A stretch of DNA of 64,000 bases from Bacteroidota bacterium. Lineage in GTDB: Bacteria; Bacteroidota; Bacteroidia; Palsa-965. Of this stretch, positions 48,187-56,835 are shown one piece after another. Both the position numbers and the translations under genes were made by a program. Numbering within the stretch: position 1 is the stretch's first letter; every line of letters begins with the position of its first letter. The notes below the pieces were generated by a model, which searched no databases, was not told the origin of the DNA, and saw only the letters and a list, made by a program, of their open reading frames with translations. The stretch lies in assembly GCA_013288325.1 (NCBI GenBank), contig JABDCB010000005.1, forward strand, positions 16,484 through 80,483, given 5' to 3'.

Positions 48187-51100
48187 ATGGGAAAGAAGTA
48201 CCCTGTCGCACTTCTCTTCTTGCTTTGGGCTCTCCCGATCTTATCACAGACATTCGGGAATGAGTGGATCAACTATTCCCAAAAATATTATAAAATACTG
48301 GTAACCCGCGACGGGATTTATCGCCTCGATTCCGCCACACTGGCCAATGCCGGCGTTCCGCTTGCCACGGTAAACCCCAAACACATGCAGATTTTTGGCA
48401 GGGGTAAAGAACAATATATTTATATCAAAGGCGAATCGGATGGTGTTTTCAATACCACCGATACCCTTGAATTCTATGGCAAAGCCAATGACGGTTTTTT
48501 GGATTCCGCCTTATACAATGGCGCTACCGCACCCAACCCCTATGTAAGTCTCTTCAACGATACTGCCGTGTATTACCTTACCTGGAACAGTTCCCTGAAC
48601 AACCTGCGTATGGTAAACGGTACGGATACAACCTTCAGCTCTGTGCATACGCCCAATCCGTTTATGTATAAACAGGATATCAGCGCTTTTCGGGGAGATT
48701 ATTTTCAGGGTACCACGGATTATAATAACATCACCGATCCGGAATACCTGCCCATGGAAAGTATCGTGTGTACAACCATCTATTACGGAGGAAGTATTAC
48801 GGCGAATATGAATACCGCCAACCCTTATACGGGTGCGGCACCAGCCCAGAAAACACATTTGCAGGCAAGGGTTTCAACACGATCCAACGATTTTTCCGTC
48901 TACCCCGATTATCAGATACAAATCAACTATCCCGGTTCTGTGTATACCAAGTATGTGGATGGATATACCACTTTTTTGCTCGATACGTTGCTTCCCACAT
49001 CTTCACTTCCTACTGTTGCTCCCAGTGTCACTACCAGCCCTGTTACTCTTTACAGCATTAACCCCGGTACCAGTGTTTCCAGCGGTGATGCAGCGTTTGT
49101 GTATGTAAGCATCAGATATCCGCATACCATGGACCTGGAAGGGCTCAGCGAATTCAAAATGTATGTGCCTGCCAACGGAGCTCCTAATAAGTCCTATCTC
49201 AATCTGACCGATTTCAATACCTCCGGATCTACCATGCGGTTTTATGATCTCACGTATCATCGCCGTATTCAACCGGTGTTTGCAGGTAGTAAATACCAGG
49301 TGTTAATCAGCGACAGCCTTGGAGCGGAAAAATTCTGTTATGTAACAAGCGATAATAATACCCAGCATGTTACTTCGCTGATTCCTGTAAATGGTAATGG
49401 CTATTTCACCAATTATCATCTTCAATCCGGCGATTCGGCATTTGTGATTGTGACCAATGCCTTGTTATGGTCTTCGGCAGAATCCTATAAGCTATACCGC
49501 AGCTCGGTACAGGGTGGAGCCAATCATGTGGTGCTGGCCGATGTAGCCGATCTGTATGATCAGTTTGCCTATGGTATCCGCATGCACCCTTTATCCATCC
49601 GCCGTTTCTGCAGCTATTTGATGAATACCTATCCTTCTAAACCTAAATACCTGTTCCTGATCGGTAAATCGATAGATGCTTATCGCATGCAGTTCAGTCC
49701 TTTCCCTATCACAGCACTGGTGCCTACCATTGGTTATCCTCCCAGTGATAATTTGTTTACCAGCAAGCTGATCGGTAACAGTTACGCTCCCTCGTTTGCC
49801 ACCGGTCGTATTGCCTCCATGACCAATACGGATGTAATGACCTATCTGAATAAGGTAACAGCTTATGAGCAGAATGCGGCAGCATCCTGGATGAAACAGG
49901 TATTGCATTTTGGTGGAGGTGATAATAGCAGTGAACAAATCCAATTTAAAAACTATCTGACTAATTTCAAAACCATTATAGAAGCCGATACAAATTATGG
50001 CGGGCATGTCACTTCTTTTTACAAAACCTCCAGCGCGCCCATTCAGATTAACCAAAGCGATTCGCTGAAGCAGATTATCGATAATGGAGTAAGCATTATG
50101 ACATTTTTCGGACATGCTTCCGGAAGCGGTTTTGACCAAAGCATTGACGATCCATCCAACTATAATAATGCACCCCGTTTCCCGCTTATCATTGCCAACT
50201 CCTGTTATGCAGGAAATATTCATACGTATCCAGCCAGCACCAGCGAAAAATTTATCAATATCAACCGGGGGGCCATTGGTTTTGTGGCCAGCACGTACCT
50301 TGGTATTGCAACTGAATTATATCCCTATACCACCGGTCTTTACCGCGATCTGGCCCGTTATGATTATGGAAAAAGCATCGGGAAGCATATCCAATATGCC
50401 GTAAAAGCAAGAGAAGCGATGGGCGGTTTCGGGCTGTATGCAAAAACCACCTGTCTCACGATGACACTGGACGGAGATCCTTCTGTTGTTATTGCTTCGC
50501 CCCGTTTGCCCGATTATGCCATTACCAACCCGGATGTTAGTTTTGATACGCATTCCAATCCCGATTCGGTTACGGTGATAGCCCTTATGCATAACAACGG
50601 AAAAGCAATCCGGGATTCGTTTTTTGTGCATCTGCTTCGTAAGTATCCAAACGGTGATACCGATACCTATCGCAAATATGTAAAAGCCCCGGCCTGGGAA
50701 GATTCGGTGAAATTTAAAATACCCGTTGATTTTAACCGGGGACTTGGGTTAAACAAAGTATCGGTGATACTTGATTTTACCAACCGCATACGGGAAATAA
50801 CCAAGTCCAATAATTCCACTACCGATGTGGATCTGTTGTTGCAGGGTAGCTCTATCTTACCTGTCTGGCCGTATAATGACGCCATTTATCCCTATGATAC
50901 AGTCACGCTGAAATCGTCCACTGCCAATGCGCTGGAGCCGGCGCACAACTACAGGATACAGTTTGATACAACGGATAGCTATAACAGTCCGTTTGCAAAG
51001 ACTGCAATTCTCTTAAATAAGCCCGGGGGGGTAATTACATGGAAGCCTCCCGTAGCACACCTGACTGATAGTGTGGTTTATTACTGGCGCATTTGCCCCG

Positions 51101-53247
51101 ATACGGTGGGTACTACCAGCAAGGCCCGCTGGAAAGAAAGTTCGTTTCAATACATCACCAATAAAAGAGGGTGGGAGCAAGCTCACTTTTTCCAGTTTAA
51201 GAATGATGCTTATCAGTTTGTGAAATTTGTGCGTATCGGTCGCAAATTCACTTTTGTGAATGATCTGAAAACTGTTGAAATCAATAATGCCATCATGGCT
51301 TTTAATGGACACGACTGGCCGGATGTGAATTACAAGATCAACGGAACCACCATGGAAGAATCTTCCTGTGCCATCCCTGGTTTTTCTTTTGCAGTTATCA
51401 ATCCGGTGAGTCTGGCCCCCTGGGGTTTTGACACCCTATGTACCACGAATATCTCATTGCCTTATGTAGACCCACGAACCAATAATACCGTTTGTGTTTG
51501 CAATACACCGCTTTATGCCTATGATTTTTATGATGCTCCGGGGTCTCAGCAGTTAGGTATGTTAGGATTTCTGAATGCGATACCAAACGGATATTATGTA
51601 CTGGGCTTTTCCAATGCCACAGCGGGAGCGTATGATTCCGTTAATACCTATTCTGCATCTCTTCTTAATTCATTTAGAAACCTGGGATGTCATCTCATCA
51701 CAAGCGGAGGAGTCGGCACCCATAACTCGTATGTGTTCCTTGGCAGAAAAGGAGCGCCGGCCAATAGCGCAAAAGAACTTATATCGTCCAATGAAGGGCA
51801 GAAAATTACTCTGGATTCAACGCTGAGTACCAACTGGAATTCAGGATATATTGCTTCCGAAGTAATTGGTCCCGCCAAAAGCTGGGATGAGTTTCACCTC
51901 CGGATGAAACACCTGGAAGTGCCCGATTATGACAGTGTGGTGATTCGTGTGGTGGGGATTAATGCTGCGGGCACACAAGTAACCCTGGCCAATCTTTCGG
52001 ATACCACCAGGGATATGTATAACCTGGCCAGCTATGTAAATGCTGCCATTTATCCCTATATCCGTTTGGTGGCTTATATGAGCGATGATACCAACCGTAC
52101 GCCGGCACAGCTTAAACGCTGGCAGGTGATTTATACCCAGGCCCCTGAAATGGCCGTAAACCCTGCCCTGAATTTTAGCTTTGTAAAGGATACCACACAG
52201 GAAGGATCTACCATTACGATGACCTGCGCGGTGCAGAATATAAGCGACAGGAATTTTTCCACTACTGATTCCTTGCAGATCAATTACTGGATCATGGATA
52301 AAAACCATGTGCGGCACAATCTGGTGCTGGCTAATGGCAAGACTTTTAAATTACGCAAGCCTCCGTTTAATGCAGGTGCCTGGTTTATAGATACGGTACA
52401 TATTGTTACCACCGGATATCCTGGCCTTAATACCTTCTGGATGGAAGCCAATCCGCTTTCCACTGTCCACACACAAAATGAACAATTCCATTTCAATAAC
52501 CTGGTTGAGAAACAGTTTTATGTGACCGGCGACAAGGTAAACCCATTATTGGATGTAACTTTTGACGGGGTTCATATTCTGGACGGTGATCTGGTATCAG
52601 CCAAACCGAATATCCTCATCAGTCTGAAAGATGAAAATCAGTTTCTGGCTTTGAATGATACATCCGATTTCAAATTGTTTATTCAGAATCCGAATGCAAC
52701 GACGGTGCAACCTGTTTATTTCAGAAATCAGATTACGTTTACTCCTGCTGTACTGCCCAAAAACAGTTGCCGTTTAAACTACACCCCTACATTGACAGCG
52801 GATGGTATATATGCTTTAATTATACAAGCCAAGGATAGATCCAACAATGCCAGCGGCGCTATCGATTATCAGATCCATTTTGATGTGGTCAACCACGCTT
52901 CTATTACCAATGTGATGAATTACCCGAACCCGTTCAGTACGGCTACACACTTTGTGTTTACCATTACAGGTTCGCAGGTGCCTACGATGTTCCGAATTCA
53001 GATTATTACGGTAACCGGAAAGCTGGTGAGAGAGATAGAACGCGATGAGCTGGGTTCGCTGCATATAGGCAGAAACATAACCGAATATGCCTGGGACGGC
53101 AGAGATCAGTTTGGAGACCGCCTGGCCAACGGTGTTTATTTTTACAGAGTACTCACGAAAATCAATTCAGAAAACATTGAGCATATGGATAGTGGGGCCG
53201 ATGACTATTTTAAAAATGGGTATGGCAAGATGTATCTGATGAGGTAA
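48187..53247 (+). CDS. very large PorU-like C25 (gingipain-type) cysteine peptidase
   Basis: N-terminus 'GNEWINYSQKYYKILVTRDGIYRL'. His/Cys dyad context 'FFGHASGSG' (His643, codon 50113-50115) and 'IANSCYAGN' (Cys673, codon 50203-50205). C-terminal Ig/CTD-like 'NYPNPFS...GVYFYRVLTK'. Confidence 0.8.
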   Translation: MGKKYPVALLFLLWALPILSQTFGNEWINYSQKYYKILVTRDGIYRLDSATLANAGVPLATVNPKHMQIFGRGKEQYIYIKGESDGVFNTTDTLEFYGKANDGFLDSALYNGATAPNPYVSLFNDTAVYYLTWNSSLNNLRMVNGTDTTFSSVHTPNPFMYKQDISAFRGDYFQGTTDYNNITDPEYLPMESIVCTTIYYGGSITANMNTANPYTGAAPAQKTHLQARVSTRSNDFSVYPDYQIQINYPGSVYTKYVDGYTTFLLDTLLPTSSLPTVAPSVTTSPVTLYSINPGTSVSSGDAAFVYVSIRYPHTMDLEGLSEFKMYVPANGAPNKSYLNLTDFNTSGSTMRFYDLTYHRRIQPVFAGSKYQVLISDSLGAEKFCYVTSDNNTQHVTSLIPVNGNGYFTNYHLQSGDSAFVIVTNALLWSSAESYKLYRSSVQGGANHVVLADVADLYDQFAYGIRMHPLSIRRFCSYLMNTYPSKPKYLFLIGKSIDAYRMQFSPFPITALVPTIGYPPSDNLFTSKLIGNSYAPSFATGRIASMTNTDVMTYLNKVTAYEQNAAASWMKQVLHFGGGDNSSEQIQFKNYLTNFKTIIEADTNYGGHVTSFYKTSSAPIQINQSDSLKQIIDNGVSIMTFFGHASGSGFDQSIDDPSNYNNAPRFPLIIANSCYAGNIHTYPASTSEKFININRGAIGFVASTYLGIATELYPYTTGLYRDLARYDYGKSIGKHIQYAVKAREAMGGFGLYAKTTCLTMTLDGDPSVVIASPRLPDYAITNPDVSFDTHSNPDSVTVIALMHNNGKAIRDSFFVHLLRKYPNGDTDTYRKYVKAPAWEDSVKFKIPVDFNRGLGLNKVSVILDFTNRIREITKSNNSTTDVDLLLQGSSILPVWPYNDAIYPYDTVTLKSSTANALEPAHNYRIQFDTTDSYNSPFAKTAILLNKPGGVITWKPPVAHLTDSVVYYWRICPDTVGTTSKARWKESSFQYITNKRGWEQAHFFQFKNDAYQFVKFVRIGRKFTFVNDLKTVEINNAIMAFNGHDWPDVNYKINGTTMEESSCAIPGFSFAVINPVSLAPWGFDTLCTTNISLPYVDPRTNNTVCVCNTPLYAYDFYDAPGSQQLGMLGFLNAIPNGYYVLGFSNATAGAYDSVNTYSASLLNSFRNLGCHLITSGGVGTHNSYVFLGRKGAPANSAKELISSNEGQKITLDSTLSTNWNSGYIASEVIGPAKSWDEFHLRMKHLEVPDYDSVVIRVVGINAAGTQVTLANLSDTTRDMYNLASYVNAAIYPYIRLVAYMSDDTNRTPAQLKRWQVIYTQAPEMAVNPALNFSFVKDTTQEGSTITMTCAVQNISDRNFSTTDSLQINYWIMDKNHVRHNLVLANGKTFKLRKPPFNAGAWFIDTVHIVTTGYPGLNTFWMEANPLSTVHTQNEQFHFNNLVEKQFYVTGDKVNPLLDVTFDGVHILDGDLVSAKPNILISLKDENQFLALNDTSDFKLFIQNPNATTVQPVYFRNQITFTPAVLPKNSCRLNYTPTLTADGIYALIIQAKDRSNNASGAIDYQIHFDVVNHASITNVMNYPNPFSTATHFVFTITGSQVPTMFRIQIITVTGKLVREIERDELGSLHIGRNITEYAWDGRDQFGDRLANGVYFYRVLTKINSENIEHMDSGADDYFKNGYGKMYLMR

Positions 53248-53260
53248 AATGTATTGAACT

Positions 53261-53707
53261 ATGAACCGATATTTTCTTTTCTTCCTGGTGTTTTGTTTTT
53301 GTTTCACTTCCTGTATTATTCGCTCTCCTAAGTTTGCTTCTCTCGATCAGGCTTTTGCTGTTAAACCTGGAATGACGCTGGAGCAGGTAAATACCACGTT
53401 GGGGATAACACCTTATGCATTGCGGTCCAAGACAGACAGTGCGACGGTTTATGTTTATAAATACAGAACGATGGAGCGAAGGACAGCGCCTCTGCTTCGA
53501 AAAAGGACAAATGGGGTAAAAGCCACCGGCCCGTTAATGGATCTGAATGTGACCTATAATTCAAAATCGGTTGTCACGGCACTGAAATCGAAACCCTCTC
53601 CTAAAGAAGAGAAGAGCCAATATACCATCGATGTCAACTCGGTTTTTACTTTATTAACGGTAACAGCTCCGGCATTATTGGTTTATCTGGGACTTCAGCA
53701 TAACTAG
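53261..53707 (+). CDS. BamE/SmpA-OmlA-like lipoprotein with hydrophobic C-terminus
   Basis: Lipobox 'CFTSC', 'VKPGMTLEQVNTTLGITPY', and a terminal hydrophobic 'VFTLLTVTAPALLVYLGL'. Confidence 0.55.
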   Translation: MNRYFLFFLVFCFCFTSCIIRSPKFASLDQAFAVKPGMTLEQVNTTLGITPYALRSKTDSATVYVYKYRTMERRTAPLLRKRTNGVKATGPLMDLNVTYNSKSVVTALKSKPSPKEEKSQYTIDVNSVFTLLTVTAPALLVYLGLQHN

Positions 53708-53759
53708 CAGCCTATTTATTAAATGGCGGCTAAGGGGATAAATTCTCTAATTTTGGATT

Positions 53760-55400
53760 GTGAATTTCAGGCATCCTCTTTTTTTGGTTCTTCTAAGCGG
53801 TCTGCTTTTTGGTTTTTCCTGGCCGGAAACAGGCGGGCTAACCTTTCCTGTTTTTTTTGCATTCGTTCCCTTGCTTCTTCTGGAGCGTCAATTATCGGTG
53901 TCTACTCGTAAATACCGTTCCTGGAAATTATTCTTACTATCCTATCTAGCCTTTTTTATCTGGAACCTGATCAGTACCTGGTGGGTAAAGAATGCTTCTT
54001 TCGGAGGAGCTATGCTGGCATTTATATTCAATACCCTGTTTATGGCTCTGGTGTTTCAGGCCTACCATATTACCATGAAGCGTTTGTCGCTCCGTTTTGC
54101 CTTTCTGGTATTAACGTGCTATTGGATGGGGTTTGAATTTCTACACCTGCGTTGGGATCTTACCTGGCCCTGGCTCACACTAGGAAATGTATTTGCCTCC
54201 AAACCCTGGATGATTCAGTGGTATGAATATACCGGAGTATTCGGCGGAACGCTGTGGGTGTTTGGCATCAACTTCCTCATATTCCATTTTTTACTGAAGT
54301 ATAGAAAGGAAACGAATCCAGTTTTCAGATCATCTATCCGTTTGGCTTTTTTACTTCGTTTGGGAGCCATGTTGTTGTTACCCATTTTGATTTCCTTTTG
54401 TATCGGGTGGATGGAGATCTTTCCATCGGTGATGGGTGATGCAGGAAAGAGGAAAAATGTGGTCATTGTGCAGCCGAATATAGATCCTTATCACGAAAAA
54501 TTTAACGGAACCTATAAGGATCAGCTTGGCAGGATGCTGAATCTGGCCGAAACAGAAATAGATACAAATACCTGTTGCGTGGTTTTTCCGGAAACAGCTA
54601 TTCAGGAAAACCTTTGGGAGAATGATATTGAGCGCAGCTATAGCGTTCATACGTTACGTTATTTTCAGGACAAACATCCGGGGTTGGATATTGTAATAGG
54701 GGCTACCTCCGGGTATCAGTATATGCCGGGAGAGAAACGATCTCCTACAGCCCGCAAATTCACCGATAGCGATGAGTATTATGAAGATTATAACACCGCC
54801 CTGATGATGTCCGGTAAAGGCCCTTTGCAGATTTATCACAAGTCCAAGTTTGTGCCGGGCTCCGAGCGAATGCCTTTTCCTGCTTTGTTCAAGCCACTCG
54901 AAAAATATGCGATTGACCTGGGTGGAACCACAGGTTCGTTGGGAGAGCAGGAGGAGAGGACTGTTTTTAAATCCACTCAGCATACGTTAAAGGTTGCTCC
55001 GGTGATCTGTTATGAATCTGTTTTTGGAGAATATGTAAGCGATTATATTAAAAACGGAGCCAATGTTATTTTCATCATTACCAACGACGGATGGTGGGGT
55101 GATACTCCCGGCTATCAACAACATCTGGATTATGCACGTTTGAGGGCCATTGAAACAAGACGTTGTATAGCTAGGTCGGCTAATACCGGCACCTCCTGTT
55201 TTATCGACGAAATGGGAGCTGTTTCACAGGCTACCTCCTGGTGGAAGCCTGGAGCTATCAAAGGTGTTGTGAATGAGCACAGCGAGTTGACGTTTTATGT
55301 AAAACATGGCGATTATATGGCCCGTTTGGCTATCGTGTTGGGAGGGATCCTGTTAGCCTGGAGCGTGATTATCCGTATCAGAGCGTTTAAAAAGTCATAA
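53760..55400 (+). CDS. lnt: apolipoprotein N-acyltransferase
   Basis: N-terminal multi-TM region plus a nitrilase-like domain ('VVFPETA', 'KSKFVPGSERMP', 'ICYESVFG'). GTG start. Confidence 0.9.
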   Translation: MNFRHPLFLVLLSGLLFGFSWPETGGLTFPVFFAFVPLLLLERQLSVSTRKYRSWKLFLLSYLAFFIWNLISTWWVKNASFGGAMLAFIFNTLFMALVFQAYHITMKRLSLRFAFLVLTCYWMGFEFLHLRWDLTWPWLTLGNVFASKPWMIQWYEYTGVFGGTLWVFGINFLIFHFLLKYRKETNPVFRSSIRLAFLLRLGAMLLLPILISFCIGWMEIFPSVMGDAGKRKNVVIVQPNIDPYHEKFNGTYKDQLGRMLNLAETEIDTNTCCVVFPETAIQENLWENDIERSYSVHTLRYFQDKHPGLDIVIGATSGYQYMPGEKRSPTARKFTDSDEYYEDYNTALMMSGKGPLQIYHKSKFVPGSERMPFPALFKPLEKYAIDLGGTTGSLGEQEERTVFKSTQHTLKVAPVICYESVFGEYVSDYIKNGANVIFIITNDGWWGDTPGYQQHLDYARLRAIETRRCIARSANTGTSCFIDEMGAVSQATSWWKPGAIKGVVNEHSELTFYVKHGDYMARLAIVLGGILLAWSVIIRIRAFKKS

Positions 55401-55430
55401 ATTCGCAGAGCGATAGAACAAATAAAGACT

Positions 55431-56834
55431 ATGGAAAAATTTGATGTAACAGTTATTGGTTCAGGCCCGGGAGGTTATGTAGCCGCTATACGTTGTGCCC
55501 AGCTGGGAATGAAAACAGCCATTATTGAGCGTTACCCGACTCTTGGGGGGACATGTCTCAATGTAGGCTGTATTCCTTCTAAGGCACTACTCGATTCATC
55601 CGAACATTTTCAGAATGCCAGGTTGCATTTTAAAGAACATGGTATTGATCTGAAAGATCTGAAGGTAAACCTGGGGCAGATGATAAGCCGGAAAACAAAG
55701 GTGGTAAAAGAGAATTGTGATGGTATCAGTTTTCTGATGAAGAAAAATAAGATCACCGTGTTTACCGGACATGGCAGTTTTTTGACTAAAAACACCCTGG
55801 AGATTACAGCTGCGGATGGAAAGAAAACCCAGCTTGAAACAGCCCGTACCATTATTGCTACCGGATCCAAACCAAGCACATTACCCGGTATAACGATTGA
55901 TAAAAAGAGAGTGATTACTTCTACCGAAGCATTGAATCTGACAGAAGTGCCTGGTCACCTGGTTATTATAGGCGCAGGAGTGATAGGCCTGGAGCTTGGT
56001 TCTGTGTATGCGCGTTTAGGAGCTAAAGTATCGGTGGTGGAATTTACGGATTCGATTATTGGTACCATGGACAAGTCCCTGGGAAGAGAGCTGCAGAAAG
56101 TATTGAAAAAGGAAGGATTTGAATTTTACCTGAAACATAAAGTAACAGGGGTAACAGTGAAAGGAAAAGAAGTCACAGTGGGGGCGGAGAATGAAAAAGG
56201 GGAGAAAGTGGAATTTAAAGGTGATTATTGTCTGGTGGCCGTAGGAAGAAAACCCTATACGGATCAGTTGGGTCTGGATAAGGCAGGGGTTAAAATGGAT
56301 GAACGTGGACGGATAGAGACGGATGGACAGCTTCAGACAAATGTAGCAGGTATTTATGCAATCGGTGATGTTGTTAAAGGGGCTATGCTGGCCCATAAGG
56401 CTGAGGAAGAAGGTGTTTTTGTAGCAGAGGTAATGGCGGGACAAAAACCGCATATTGATTATAACCTGATCCCTGGTGTGGTATATACCTGGCCGGAAGT
56501 GGCTTCTGTGGGATTAACAGAAGAACAATTAAAAGCTCAGGGTAGGAATTTTAAGACAGGATCTTTTCCGTTTAAAGCCAGCGGACGTGCAAGGGCTTCT
56601 ATGGATACCGATGGTTTTGTAAAAGTGCTGGCTGATGAAAAATCGGATGAGATATTGGGTGTTCATATTATAGGTCCACGGGCTGCTGATATGATTGCTG
56701 AAGCGGTGGTAGCCATGGAGTTTAGAGCGTCGGCCGAAGATATAGCCCGTATCAGTCATGCTCATCCCACTTACACCGAGGCTATTAAAGAAGCCTGTCT
56801 CGATGCAAGTGGGAAAAGAGCCCTTCATATTTAA
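55431..56834 (+). CDS. lpdA: dihydrolipoyl dehydrogenase
   Basis: 'VIGSGPGGY', the redox disulfide 'GGTCLNVGCIPSK' and 'HAHPT'. Confidence 0.95.
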   Translation: MEKFDVTVIGSGPGGYVAAIRCAQLGMKTAIIERYPTLGGTCLNVGCIPSKALLDSSEHFQNARLHFKEHGIDLKDLKVNLGQMISRKTKVVKENCDGISFLMKKNKITVFTGHGSFLTKNTLEITAADGKKTQLETARTIIATGSKPSTLPGITIDKKRVITSTEALNLTEVPGHLVIIGAGVIGLELGSVYARLGAKVSVVEFTDSIIGTMDKSLGRELQKVLKKEGFEFYLKHKVTGVTVKGKEVTVGAENEKGEKVEFKGDYCLVAVGRKPYTDQLGLDKAGVKMDERGRIETDGQLQTNVAGIYAIGDVVKGAMLAHKAEEEGVFVAEVMAGQKPHIDYNLIPGVVYTWPEVASVGLTEEQLKAQGRNFKTGSFPFKASGRARASMDTDGFVKVLADEKSDEILGVHIIGPRAADMIAEAVVAMEFRASAEDIARISHAHPTYTEAIKEACLDASGKRALHI

Positions 56835-56835
56835 T

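Noticed and set aside
48511-52496. Numerous 60-210-aa antisense or out-of-frame ORFs inside the 1686-aa C25 peptidase gene (for example 49591-50223 and 51841-52317)
   Set aside because: They are embedded in a continuous, motif-supported 5-kb reading frame and show the composition typical of shadow ORFs. The same reasoning applies to shadow ORFs inside recQ, cphA, sucA, the RND gene and others.
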